DNA from: Podarcis muralis
Lineage: Eukaryota
Reading direction: 5' to 3'
Assembly (NCBI RefSeq): GCF_964188315.1
Contig: NC_135665.1
Coordinates: 27,962,001-28,026,000, forward strand
DNA length: 64,000 bases
In this document: piece after piece, positions 36,927-49,699 of the stretch
Position numbering within the stretch: position 1 is the stretch's first letter
How the letters are laid out: each line of letters starts with the position of its first letter
Translations under genes and position numbers: made by a program
The notes under the pieces: generated by a model
The model's database searches: none
Told to the model about the DNA's origin: nothing
Seen by the model: the letters and a program-made list of their open reading frames with translations, nothing else

Positions 36927-37506
36927 GCATAAGCTCTCAGCTCTCAAATCATTTACCATTATTGTTTCTCATCCAACTGGCTCCAGATTTCTGGCTGCAT
37001 TGCCAGTAAATATTATAAGCTATATATAGCTTTAGGAATAAATCACAGTATTTTGGAAGTGACATCAGCTTTGGCAAGCCGGCAGTCAGAATATAGACAT
37101 AAAGCTAGATGCAGTACGTCTCAGTTTTGGGTTATTTGCTAAGCATTCTATTAATAATCCCAGCTGTCCTTATACTTGGCAGTCCTGCATAAATTGCTAT
37201 TTAATTATGTGCTATTTATATGGATTACAAAATGTGGTGCAAAAAGTGCTGAAAAATAAAATATTTCATTTGTGGGTCAGCACATCACTGGGACGTGGGT
37301 GGCATCAATAATCCATTCATGTCTAGAATCAGACTAATTAGGGTTATTGAACCAGGACACGATTTGTACTACAACCATTCTAAGGTGGCCCGTTGCAAAA
37401 ATTAGAGGTTGATGCTGGCCCCATACGTACAGCTCACAGAAGCTTTGAAGCTACTCCCCTGTGCTGCTGTGGTACGAATTTGGATGTTAAAGCTACGTGG
37501 TCAGAG

Positions 37507-37766
37507 CAGCAGTGGAGCAAGCTGATTGGGCGCCTGGGACGGCGTGCGTGCTCTGCACCCAGGGGCGGGGCCAGCTGCCTGTGGGGCGGGGCTAGCTGGG
37601 GAAGGACGCTCCGCAGGGCCTCTGAGGAATCTGCCTGCCTCCTCCCACTCAGCCACACTACAACGGGGGGCGGGGCCGGCGGGTGGACCATTTGGGCGTG
37701 GCTTGGGCATGCTGCAGGCCTCACAGTGAGTGCTGTCCCCACCGCACCCCCCTTCCTCCGCCCCTG
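37507..37766. mobile_element. GC-rich hAT MITE with 8-bp TSD
   Basis: GGTCAGAG at 37499-37506 and 37767-37774; imperfect TIRs CAGCAGTGGAGCAAG / CTTCCTCCGCCCCTG. Confidence 0.85.
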
Positions 37767-37854
37767 GGTCAGAGCCAATCAGGTGTGCCTTTCAACTCAG
37801 TCACATGGCTGGGAGGGGAGAGCAATGATCAGGTTCCCCCACTCAGTAAATTCT

Positions 37855-38071
37855 TTCCAGTAGCACCTTAAAGACCAACTAAGTTAGTTCTTGGTATGAG
37901 CTTTCGTGTGCATGCACACTTCTTCAGATATTCTTCAGATATGTATCTGAAGAAGTGTGCATGCACACGAAAGCTCATACCAAGAACTAACTTAGTTGGT
38001 CTTTAAGGTGCTACTGGAAGGAATTTTTTTTGTTTTGACTATGGCAGACCAACACGGCTACCCATCTGTAA
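37855..38071 (+). mobile_element. Penelope-like element: truncated pLTR with inverted copy (fold-back) and 12-bp flanking duplication
   Basis: Perfect 76-bp inverted arms at 37855-37930 and 37944-38019; TCAGTAAATTCT at 37843-37854 and 38072-38083; CTGAAGAAG...CGAAAGCTC pLTR motif. Confidence 0.85.
37943..37980 (+). ncRNA. Putative minimal type I hammerhead ribozyme (mirror copy on the minus strand in the left arm)
   Basis: GTAT-CTGAAGA-A-GTGTGCATGCACAC-GAAA-GC-TC-ATAC gives stem I, the catalytic core, palindromic stem II and a self-complementary AGCU stem III. Confidence 0.6.
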
Positions 38072-38276
38072 TCAGTAAATTCTGGCATTCACACACATAT
38101 TACAACAACATGGGATCACACTACGGATAAGTGGAGCTTGCACTGCTCTCTGTGTGAATGTGAAGCTGCTCTTACAACCGTTTGAATCTAATCAGTTATG
38201 ACTATAATACTTTACAAGCAGTCAGGTAACCCAGAATATTTATCCTATGTTCTTGCTCATTCCATAGCACATCATA

Positions 38277-38518
38277 CAGTGGTACTTCAGGTTACATACG
38301 CTTCAGGTTACATACGCTTCAGGTTACATACTCTGCTAACCCAGAAATAGTGCTTCAGGTTAAGAACTTTGCTTCAGGATGAGAACAGAAATCGTGCTCT
38401 GGCGGCACGGCAGCAGCAGGAGGCCCCATTAGCTAAAGTGGTGCTTCAGGTTAAGTACAGTTTCAGGTTAAGAACGGACCTCCAGAACGAATTATGTACT
38501 TAACCCGAGGTACCACTG
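38277..38518. mobile_element. Tc1/mariner MITE, copy 4
   Basis: TA|CAGTGGTAC ... GTACCACTG|TA. Confidence 0.92.
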
Positions 38519-40868
38519 TATATTTAACCATGCCAACATGCTGTTTTCTTATCATGTCTCTATTTCCCATTTTCTGATTACTCCTTTGCTTGTTTATGGT
38601 TTGCAAGTCTTGCTTGGAAGCGGGGAGAGGCATTCACCATTTCCTGTTGCAGTTCCCTTTGCTGGTGGTGTGTGGTAATAATGATGAAGATGATAATAAC
38701 AATAATAATTCAAAGTAGAGTACAATGTAGTCAACATGGGGGTCACCAGATGTTAGGGCCCTACAACTCCCATCAGCCCCAGCCAGGGATATTGGAAATT
38801 GCAGTGCATAGATAGCATCTGGAGGGCACCATGTTGGCTACTCCTGTTCTCGATACAGCAGTTGCACTGAATATTGGCCACCGTTGTTTTCTATCACAAA
38901 GTGGAAGATAATGGGGTGGCTGAATGCCCGAGAATCCTGGCTTCCATATATCTTTGGTTGGAATGATTCTTAGGCTAACATGGCATCACCTTTTGAGTGG
39001 TAGTACGAACAGAGTGATAGAGTTGCCAACCTGAAAAAGTAAACCTTTTACTTAACTGGCAGAACGTCTCCCTCCCCTGCGTTAAAGTTAAAATTCCTTC
39101 CAACGCCATCGCAGGCGATTGTTTAACACAAGTGATTTTTGATAGGGGTTGACACAGTGGCAGCGACTTTTCTTACAGCTTCTTAACCTCCCTGCTTTCC
39201 CTGTTGTAATACATGTTTTATTTTCCTCGGCGAAAATAACTGGAAGTGCCTTTCCTGCACTTTCCTGCGCCGCAGAAAGAGAATAAATGAGGGCAGATTT
39301 GCATTCGTCCCACGTCAATTTCTCTTTCTGCTTTCTTCTTCTTTTTTCTTTTGAGCAGCTAACATGTGGTCCCAAACTTCCCATTACTCCTGACATACTG
39401 GGAGATCACTTCAGGTACTGTTCTCTTTCATTCTGACAAGTGAAATTAAAAAAGGCCAAATGATAAAATTTGTATTTGACACAGTCAAAAAGACTTGACA
39501 ATTATTCCAGAAGCCTTCTGCTCCCAGACTCGCTTCTGGAGCCAGCAGTAAGGCATATTTCTTTTCAACGAGGGCCGTGTTGTGAATTCTAAATGCGCTT
39601 AAGATATTGTGCTTCCTGGGAGTTATACAAAATACTCTAAATATGTGGCAGGGGAAGTCAGATGATACTGTGGCTGCCAAAGCAGGGAGAACTGATAGAG
39701 GCAAAAGAAAAAAGAAAAAAAAAAGATGAGTGATTTTCTTCCATGTATCTTCTAAACTGAATGTGCATTTACATTTCAAAACATGCAGATGCCCTTCATT
39801 GCTATTTTTGCCCCTGTATTTTAATTTGTTCATATCTTTTCAATTGGTGGTATGTATCTAGAATAAAACTGTGATAGGAAAGCATTACCTAAGCCAGGGT
39901 TGCTATGCAGACTGGGAGATGAGAGATTACCAAAGGTCAGGTGTCTGGTTCAAGTGCTCTGGTTGCCTAGAACAGGTGGGCACAGAGAAATAACCTGTTG
40001 GCTTTCCTCAAGCATCAGGCTGCTCCTCAGATGCAAGAGCTTCATAGCAAGCAGTAGCAAGAGATTGGTTATCTGGGACCACCTGATTCCCGGGACAATG
40101 TTCTGCTAGCCTACAGTTTTCTCTGCTAACCAATGTCCCTGGTGAAAACTGGTGCCTTAGGTGACCTGCCAGCATCCCAGCTCAAGACCTGATATCATAT
40201 TAGAGATACTTTCTCAGCTTTCAGTATGGAAGAATTTGTTCAGGTTCTTAAGATAATTTTTAAAAAATATATTTCTCAGTGGATTTGCAGATGATGTACT
40301 GGTCTTGTGGATGGTTCAGCTTTTGTCTAGCCTATGTAGCAGCGTACTTGAGAATGTGGCCCTTAGCAGGTGGAGAGGAGCACCGGGCTAGGCTGTGCTG
40401 GGGGCACCTGCGTGGGGGTGCTTGAGTTGTGCCCACTCAAAAATTGTGCGTCTGGGGTCACGGCCCCTTTGGCACCCCCCATGCAACACCCCTGAGCCTA
40501 TGACTCAACAGTTTTGAGAAATCTTTGACAAGTTTGCTAAACTATGATGAGTTGGTTTGTGATCTGGACACCTCTGGTTTGATACCTGGAGATCCAATGT
40601 AAAAATATTTTCAGCAAATATTTGATTTCAACATGCAAAATATGGGTGTATGAGTTAATAAGTTCACCCCATCATTTTTTTTTTGAAGTTTCTTATCTAT
40701 ATTGGCTTTTTCAGATCACAGGTAGATTTCAAGAGAAGGAAAACGATTTTTAAAATAATAATGAGACTGTTTTTATTTATTTTCATGGTTCATAAGATAA
40801 ATTTTGAGAAAACAATTGTTACAACAGTAAACAACATTGTCCTGATAAAATTTTGAGTGTCCATAAAA

Positions 40869-40871
<3 letters not shown>

Positions 40872-40904
<33 letters not shown>
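40872..40904. repeat. (TG)n microsatellite
   Basis: Seen directly. Confidence 0.95.
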
Positions 40905-40908
<4 letters not shown>

Positions 40909-41832
40909 AATGAAATAATTAGAATCATTAACAGAAAGAGGACATCAATTGTACTATGCTACTGACAAACGATGTCAAAATATGAAACAATAGGTCGTGA
41001 GTTAGAATTTACTCCATGCATATACTTGCTTAATTATATATTGGACTAGAGTTCAAAACAACTTCATGTATCGACAGTGAATCTCATTATATAAGCTAGG
41101 ATCATGTTCAGTAGATATTGAAAATCTACAAAATGTCCATCAAAGGAGGTATGGTAAGAAACTGTTTGGCATGCCATGGCAAAATTAAATGCTTATAGAA
41201 AAGTGCATTATAGAGAGGAGAAATCAATTGAGCTTGCTGATAGTCTGCTGATTCATCATACGAAAAATAATAGTGCGTGTGTAATGCTTGGAATTTCCAC
41301 TTTATGAATCTGTTTTTGCACATGTTTGAACTAATTTTAAAACATTTAAAACATGAAAATTAACAGCGAGCAGAAACTTCCCTGCCCAGTATCACTGGGA
41401 GAGTATTGATCTGGGCCACTACTTTTTGATTTTGTAATAAATAAAAGCTTTTTGTTTTTCACCCAAACGGAAGCAGTGTGCTCTATTGTAACCCCACTCC
41501 ACAACTGATGTGAAGGACAATATCTCTCTGACACACCATGACTCTTAGCCCAGAATCTTGGACATTGAGCGTCAGTTGGTGACTCGTGTAAACTGTGTGT
41601 TTGCTTTAGGTAAGTGGGATCGTGAAAGACGGGGAGTGTTAATAGGTGATAGATTTCAAAATCCAAAAAACAGAATCACCGTGTTCCTAGTATCAATGAT
41701 CTGCTAAAATAATCTTACTGTGCATTGGCTGCCCAAGACTTGACTAAACTTCAGTCACCAAAAGGAAGTACTGTAGAAACAGCAGCTTCTTCCTTATACA
41801 AAGCTGTAACATACCCTCCAACATCCCATTCC

Positions 41833-42118
41833 ATAATGATAATTTTACTGTTTATACCCCACACTTCTTACTGGGTTGCCCCAGCCACTCTGGGCAGCTT
41901 CTAACATATATCAAAATATTATAAAACATTAAACTTCCCTATACAGGATTGCCTTCAGATGGCTCAGGGATTGGGTAACTCCGTACCCTCCAACATTTCT
42001 CCAATGAAAATAGGGATATCCTAAGGAAAAGGTGGACATTCCGGGATCAACTCAGAAACTGGGACAGCTTCTCTAAATCAGGGACATCCCTGGAAAATAG
42101 GGAAGCTTGGAGGGTCTG
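41833..42118 (-). mobile_element. Composite repeat: hAT-like MITE (41982-42118) fused to an L2-like 3' tail
   Basis: TIR pair CGTACCCTCCAA / TTGGAGGGTCTG. The tail GAGTGGCTGGGGCAACCCAGT...GGGGTATAAA recurs without the MITE at 60670-60790. Confidence 0.6.
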
Positions 42119-42699
42119 ATGTAATTTCCGCAATAAAAGATTTGTTGGAAATGGCTGGATTTTCTTTGCACATTTCCAAGTGTACACCATTTCTTTGCTT
42201 CAACAGCATGAAAATATGCCAAGGCTGGCACTCATCTCAGAATGGTCACTTTGTCATGAGGGCTCCATGACTCATGTGGATTGTTGTTTTTCAATGACAG
42301 GTATTATAAAAAATTATCCCAGCACTTTGAAAGTACATTCTGATGTAAGGCTAATTCAAAAGGTTTTGCATTATGCTTTTAAAAATAATGATTTGAACAA
42401 TGATACGCTGGTATGTTGACACCCTGTAGCACACCAGTGTCTTTGTACAAGTCCCTTATGAAATCATTTGCTTAAAAAGCCCAGTAAATCATAGGGGTAC
42501 CTGATCTTTCTAGTATGTATCTAGCTATGTTATTCTATCAGAGGAAAATAATTAATAGCTTTCCTGTTGCTGCAGTTCCTCTGCCATGAAACGTCTCTGT
42601 GTTTAATTTTTGTGTATTTGTTATCGCTTTATGATTATTTTTTAAAAAATAATTATCCCAGTTTTTTTTTTTATTTATAATATTTCTAGTCTGCCTTTC

Positions 42700-42817
42700 T
42701 TTTTTTTATAAATAATTTTTATTAATTTACAACAAAACAAAACATACATGCTAATTTCACATCTAATTTTTCACAAATTGTTTCTTTTCTGAACTTCCTT
42801 CAGCTGTTCCGTAAATC
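42700..42817 (-). mobile_element. 118-bp L1-like 3' stub with 18-bp TSD
   Basis: ATTTCTAGTCTGCCTTTC at 42682-42699 and 42818-42835; T-run and TTTATT at the left end. Confidence 0.8.
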
Positions 42818-43012
42818 ATTTCTAGTCTGCCTTTCATCGATAAGGAGTGCAGGATGTATTACAATATTCATATTTAAACATCAATATAAACAGTTGCAAA
42901 ATAATAATCAAGGCTGTAGTCCTAACTGCATCTAATTGTTTCAATGAAACCTATCCCAGGTAGGTGAGGTTACAATTGTAGCGAAAACAAATTAATACAA
43001 CCAAACAGTTAA

Positions 43013-43127
43013 GAATAGGTCTGAGATAAATTGTGTTCGCTGAGCCTGTATTTTATACAGTCTGTATATGATGTTTGTTTGATAATGTGTGGTGTGATAT
43101 GCCTAATAAAGGATTTTGAATTAAAAT
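43013..43127 (+). mobile_element. 115-bp LINE 3' stub with 17-bp TSD
   Basis: TACAACCAAACAGTTAA at 42996-43012 and 43128-43144; AATAAA near the 3' end. Confidence 0.75.
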
Positions 43128-45352
43128 TACAACCAAACAGTTAAAACAACTGTTGCAGCAACTTGCACCTCTGCAGCAAACTGAGGCCTTTAATTGCATT
43201 AGGTCTCATCAAATATCTCAACTCAACACCTCCCCAAAAGCCCTGGATGACAAAGTATGTAAGGTGCCAAGGGGCGGGAGTTGGACTCAGCTACATTAGT
43301 AACGAAAAAGCGTTTTATAGGCGTTATAACACTGTGACACCAGATGGCGCTGTGGAGTCCCGTCTTTTGCCAATGTGATTTCCCACTATGAGGTTTACAA
43401 CACGTTTCCTGAACTGCTTTTTTTGATGTTTCTAGATCCAGCCTTAGGCTTCCACACAAGCTACTGACCACTCTGTTCAGTACAAAACATACTTGGAGCT
43501 TTTGAGTTTCTACACAAATTCTCCAGACTTCAACAGGGCACCCATTAAAAGGGCTGTTCCCATTCCCTGTGCTGATGCTGTTCAGGCACTCTTTTCTCTG
43601 TCTCTCTAAGCTACAGAAAAGGGTAAAGTTTGCCAGGTCAGAAACAACTCATTGCCTTCTTTCTCTCTCCCTATGAATATGAGACTCTCATTATCAGCTG
43701 TTGACTATGCAACACACCATGGCTGCATTAACATTTGGGGGACAGACGGGTTTGATGGTTGTTATTAGAAATGCTGGTATGTGCTATTTAAATTATATTG
43801 TATGTTGTCTTTTGTTTTCGCTAGCTGCCTTGAGTTCCTATTTGGAAACATCATGAGGTATAGATTTTAAATTAAATAAATAATAATGGTTGCCTCAGTT
43901 TCCTGAGCGCTATTTGCCTCGACTTCCCTGTCCCTGAAGATGCTTCTTTACTCTTGGTTCTGTTTCTAGCTGGCCTCCCTGTTTCCGACATGCTCTCAGA
44001 TTGATTTACCAGCTTTGACCTTCTTGTTTTATCTCAGAGTTCTCATCCCATTGTCATAATAAGCTTGCTCAGCTCAGTCTTCTGACCTCTTTAGTACGCT
44101 TGGTTATGGGATTCTTGTATTTCTGTGATTGCGTATCCTCTGAGAATGCCTAAATCCTGAATATGTGGAAACCAAAAATCACCACTGTGTCCAAATATAT
44201 GCTGGCTCTGATCATATGAACCTGAACAAAGATGTGTAAGACAAAGATGAGAGTGGGTTTTTTGGAACTACCCAAATGGGTTTCAGTATTAGATTTTATA
44301 TTTTATTATCTCTTAAAACAGTAGCTTTTCATAACCATGTGATGCTGTTAGAGATAGACTGACATGTACCAGGACAGATTTAGTTATGCCTGTTGAAATG
44401 AGTGGAATTTAGATTGGTCATGGCTAATTTAAGCCCTATTGCTTTCAGCAGATCTACTCTAAATCCAGATCCAGCACACCTAAATGCACTTTTGCTCTCT
44501 GTTTATTCAGGGGCAATTGTTAACACCACAAGCCTACCTATGGGTTTTGTATCTTCAGCAAGACTTGGGGCTGCTTTTGTGTAAGCACTTTATAAGTTCT
44601 GATTCGACTGTTGAAAAGGGAAAGGAAATTTTGTTTAAAATGAACTTTGGGATCAATTAATCAAAAACCAGGAGGCTGTGAAGATGGCAACCATGTTTGA
44701 TGAGTTAAACCTGAATTATCCTTTTGGGGGGACTTAATTGTGACTGGTTTCTGAGAAGTGTATTACCTTGATGCAGAAAGGCCCTTTTGAGATGAGTTGT
44801 AAAGACAGATAAAGAGTAAATTATCTACAAGAAAAACACAAATCATATAAATTTGGCAACAGAGGTCTAGGCTAGCTGTCATACTACAATGGAGAAGGGG
44901 GCAAGGTAGAGAGGAGGTGAAGTGTGGTGGTGTGGGGACTAAATCAGGTAGGACTAAAAAGAAAAGCAACAATTTATTTTTGGCAAGCATAATAATGAGA
45001 ATAAAATGGATGGTATTTAGATCTTCAAGAGGATAAATATGTGAAACTCATATTGGTGTGTATTCTGATCATATGCAATATATTTCTGGGAACGCCAATG
45101 ATTTTTGGTGATAGATATTACATCCATGTGTGTGTTGGGAGAAATGAATACACTGTCATGGGAAACAAATTTACATGGCTGTTTCTTCATATATTCAAAA
45201 AATGGAAAGCCATGGAAAACATAATTTCTGGGCCATTTTGTCCTCTACTCTTGCTTTTTTTTTTATTATAAAACTCTGTGATCTTGTACCTCAGCTTTGA
45301 CTCTAGCACAGGGATATGGCCCTCCCAATGTTGTTGGACTACAGCTCCCATA

Positions 45353-45704
45353 GGTAAAGGTAAAGGGACCCCTGACCATTAGGTCCAGTCGTGGCCGACT
45401 CTGGGGTTGCGGCACTCATCTCACTTTACTGGCCGAGGGAGCCGGCGTACAGCTTCTGGGTCATGTGGCCAGCATGACTAAGCCGCTTCTGGTGAACCAG
45501 AGCAGCACATGGAAACACCGTTTACCTTCCCGCCAGAGTGGTACCTATTTATCTACTTGCACTTTGACGTGCTTTCAAACTGCTAGGTTGGCAGGAGCTG
45601 GGACCGAACAATGGGAGCTCACCCGTCGCGGGGATTTGAACCGCGACCTTCTGATGGGCAAGTCCTAGGCTCTGTGGTTTAACCCACAGCGCCACCCACA
45701 TCCC
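45353..45704 (-). mobile_element. Sauria SINE (type B) inserted in a short hAT MITE
   Basis: Reverse-complement head and tail; ACAGCTCCCATA duplicated on both sides. Confidence 0.92.
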
Positions 45705-46752
45705 ATAATCACAGCTCCCATAATGCCCAACTATTGTCTGTGCAGCCTGAGACTGATGAAGGTTGGAGTCTAACAATATCTGGAGAGCCACATGCTCACC
45801 ATCTTTACTCTAGTAGCCTCCCTCTGCTCTGGGTTTTTTCACCTTTACGTTCTGTGAAACAGCAGTCAACACTTCAAAATACAGAACAATGTGGCATAAA
45901 GGTTTGTTTCTTGGTTTCTAGTTCTTTATGACCCACAGCAGTGGGCAGAGCAATGCAAACTCCTGATCCAACACACTGGAGAAAGTTTGGACACCCCTGG
46001 CCAAGCCTACTTAGTTCTGTTGGCCTCTGTTAGCCATATGGAACCCCTAAAACTGTATGGTTTGGGGGCTAGGCTGCCACACACTCTACTCCTGTGCCAA
46101 CCCTGCTGTCAACACATTGCAATGTAAACCAGGTCCATTCTGGATTGGGTGCAGTGGAAGGATATTTTTTCCTGCCCCTGCCTTTGCTCTGACTCCGCTG
46201 TAGCCAGCTCTGGGTTCGATTTGACCCCTAATTCTTGAAAAAACCCACTAACAATTTAAATGAGCAGTGCCTGGTTTCTCCCCACAGTAAGTCCACAACT
46301 GAAGTCTTAAATAGACAGGTGGGAGAGTGAGGCAGGCAGGTAAAGAAGACATCAGAGCTTTCTCCAGCTCCATTCTCCATCCTCCTACCTCTGGATGACC
46401 ATGTGCCACCAACTGATCGAGAGACAAGAAAGGGAGGCAGGCAGGCAGGCAAAAATAGTCTATTAATAAGCACTTACTCCTAGTCTAGCTGGTCTGTTTA
46501 CCACCCTGACAGCATTGACTGACAACTGCCATGTAAGAAGTGTCTAGATGAATTACATTTCAGTATTTTCTTTCTGTGGTTTGATTACAGTATTTTTAAT
46601 TTATACATAAGCCACCTTGGGAGGATTTTGTACCATTCAAGATGGGATATGAATAATCATAGTAAGGAAGCAAAGTGCAATATAATGGCACCCTAGTGCC
46701 CCCTACTACACAAAAGTAGCACCCCCTGCTCCCCAATCCATGTCTCAATGTT

Positions 46753-47041
46753 CAGGCTGGGCAGTATATAGATATATCGCCCAAAACCGGGTTGAAGTCC
46801 ATATCGTGATACTGGTTTTATAAATCTTGACTTGGCAATATATCACAAATAATGATATCTGTGTGTGTGTGTGTGTGTGCGTGCGCGCGCTATGCAAAAA
46901 TCACAATGTGGGGGAAACCGTGAAGCCAGCCAGTGCCTCTATACAGCTCCATTCTTATTTCAGACATAGTGATATCTTTATATCACAATGTTTAACTGGT
47001 GATATATCATGATGTTGAAAACCAGATACTGCCCAGCCCTG
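46753..47041. mobile_element. hAT-like MITE
   Basis: CAGGCTGGGCAGTAT / ATACTGCCCAGCCCTG inverted ends; TSD not evident. Confidence 0.7.
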
Positions 47042-47325
47042 TGTGGCTTGTGGCTCAGACTACAGCAATAAGGAACAAGGGACACAGCGAAGAGAGAAGG
47101 CCTGATTTTGTCATAGCCAGGCCTTCAGACTCCTTTGCTAAAACTCCTCAGCTAACCCTCCCTAGCACCAATAAGACACGTTGGCTAACCATGGTTTAAG
47201 TGCTCTTAGAATCAGAGCTTGTTTCAGGAAAGTATCAGAAACCAAGCCTGTGCTTGGCAGCTGTGTATTTTGTTTGGCTTGCTGGTACAAATAGTGGACC
47301 AAATAGAGAAGGATACATGGAAATA

Positions 47326-47567
47326 CAGTGGTACCTCGGGTTAAGTACTTAATTCGTTCCGGAGGACCGTTCTTAACCTGAAGCTGTTCTTAACCTGAAG
47401 CACCACTTTAGCGAATGGGGCCTCCTGCTGCCGCCGTGGCGCCGGAGCACGATTTCTGTTCTCATCCTGAAGCAAAGTTCTTAACCCGAGGTACTATTTC
47501 TGGGTTAGCAGAGTCTGTAACCTGAAGCATATGTAACCTGAAGCGTATGTAACCCGAGGTATCACTG
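47326..47567. mobile_element. Tc1/mariner MITE, copy 5
   Basis: TA|CAGTGGTACCTCGGGTT ... AACCCGAGGTATCACTG. Confidence 0.92.
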
Positions 47568-48536
47568 TTACCTGAAAAGAAATTTCTGCAGCAGAAATGG
47601 CAGCTGTGAATCCACGTAATCAAATCTTCCTCTGCTTTTTAGCTGTCAGAGAGGTGGTCTTTTAAAGGAAACAGACAAAGAGGTTGTTTTATGCTAATGC
47701 GACCCTCTTTACATTTGGGCAAGTGCTTAAATTAACATGTCCAAATGTTAACGGAATCCCATCTCCCACATTTGAAACAGCTTTCCTCCTCCCAGTCATC
47801 TCCTGTGTTGAGCATGCAAAGAAAATTCCCGCAACACAGCATAGCATGGGCCCAGCACCCAAATCTGTTGATAACTGTTTGAATAGCAATTACTAACACA
47901 CTTACTTCACCATTTGGCTTGTATCCATTACTTCTAATTTCCAAGTCTGGGAGTAAATGGAGATGTGCATCTGAGGAAACAGACGAGGCATGGAGACAAA
48001 AATTGCATGGATAGATTCAAAACACACTCACTCACAAATCCAGTAATTTTATAGCTTGTTAAAGAACCATCTGAGGAATTAGTATGCATCATCGGGCTTC
48101 AGAATTCAGAGAAGATTAGCATTGTGCATTTAACCTACGTCCTATAAATGTATTGGTTTCATTTTGCATGGAAATAATATGTAGCTCAGCATCTTTCTCA
48201 TCCATCAAACTAGACTGATGATCAAACTACGATTACAAACGTGCTGTCATTTTATGTATTTTGATTCTCTTCTCCATTACCTTTTGATAATTAGCTGCTT
48301 GATCTTTTTATAAGGTAGTTTTTCTTTGCTCTTTAAATCTAATAGAAACTAAAGCTCAAATGAACACATTATCTGAACACTCACTCTCTAGAAGAAATGA
48401 TTGAACAGTCCATTCTTTTTAAAAAGTAGTTTGCATGTAGATATGTTTAATGCTCACCAGTATATAATTTTAATGTGAAAGAACTCTCTTTGTGGAGAAT
48501 TCAGCCTGCCACTGGATGTTTAAATTTTCAGTGTCT

Positions 48537-48550
48537 GTTGCCATGGCAAC
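48537..48550. promoter_or_regulatory. Perfect RFX X-box palindrome
   Basis: GTTGCCATGGCAAC. Confidence 0.55.
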
Positions 48551-49699
48551 CAGAACTGAATCTGGTACCCACTGTGTTCAACATAAATTAATTTAAAGTC
48601 ATAGCATCTGAAAGATTTTATTCATTTTATCTACCGCTCCCCAACCCCCCAAAAATCCTAACACTGCTCTGATTTATGTGAAGTTCAAGTAGCTATGTTT
48701 GAAATATCATTAAAACACATTTTCCCTGAGATAATTATTAGTGTTATTGGCAGGATTCCATACTTTGAACATAATGAATAATGTATGTAAAGAAATTGGT
48801 TCCTAGATTTCTTGTGGTATTGAAGCAGTGAAATAATATATAAACAGAATCTCTAAATGAATTTTCAGTTCAGTTCAGTCCTTAGCTGTATTTATGCTAG
48901 GCCATTCACTTTAAATTTAGTAAATGAAATGTTAATGTTTATATTTTTCTCAAATTTATTTGCTCTTTTGCAGTATTATGATCACTTTATGAAAGCAATA
49001 GACCTATTAAAGTCACTTCTTAAAAATCATGTTTATTCCATTAGGCATTATGAGAGAGAAAAAGAGAGAAATTATTTTAAAATTTAAGATACTAATCGGA
49101 GGAACTTAAATTTTTCATGGGCATCGTCTCATGAGGTTTCCAGACCTGCACAGAAAACTACAGTATAGATAATGAATGTAAGAGCTGAAGAAGTGGAGAG
49201 TTTAATGAGTATAACATGACTGGGTATTTCTGAACAACATTTGCCAGTGTCATGTATAGCTAATTTCCAAGACTAATTGTATTGTATTTAGCTCACACAA
49301 ATCTGCAGAAAAGCAGAGCTTATGAGAGGCTATTATTGCCTGCCATGGCTAGATGCTAGAAGGAGGTCAATGATGTCACTGTTTTGCATATCATATAACA
49401 GCTTTTCAATGTTCCCATTTAACAATCCCCCTGGCTGCAGAATCCTACATATTTCATAAATCACTTTTTGCTACAGTACAGTAGGTCCTTGCAAAGTCTG
49501 CTTTTGATTCTGCCTCCTTAAAAAGAAGAAGAAGAAGAATGTTGCATTTCATTTTCCTTTCAGTTTGATTTTGATTTGTGGGTAGCTCAACTCAACTAAA
49601 CACTCTACTTTAAAACAAAAAAAGCACACACACAGACAATCGCAACTAGGAAATAAAGGGAAAAACCCAGGATTTTATCAAAGGACAAAAATGGGCCTT

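Noticed and set aside
37393-37863. 156-aa ORF and apparent CpG-island promoter
   Set aside because: The GC-rich core lies between hAT TSDs, so the ORF is a by-product of the MITE.
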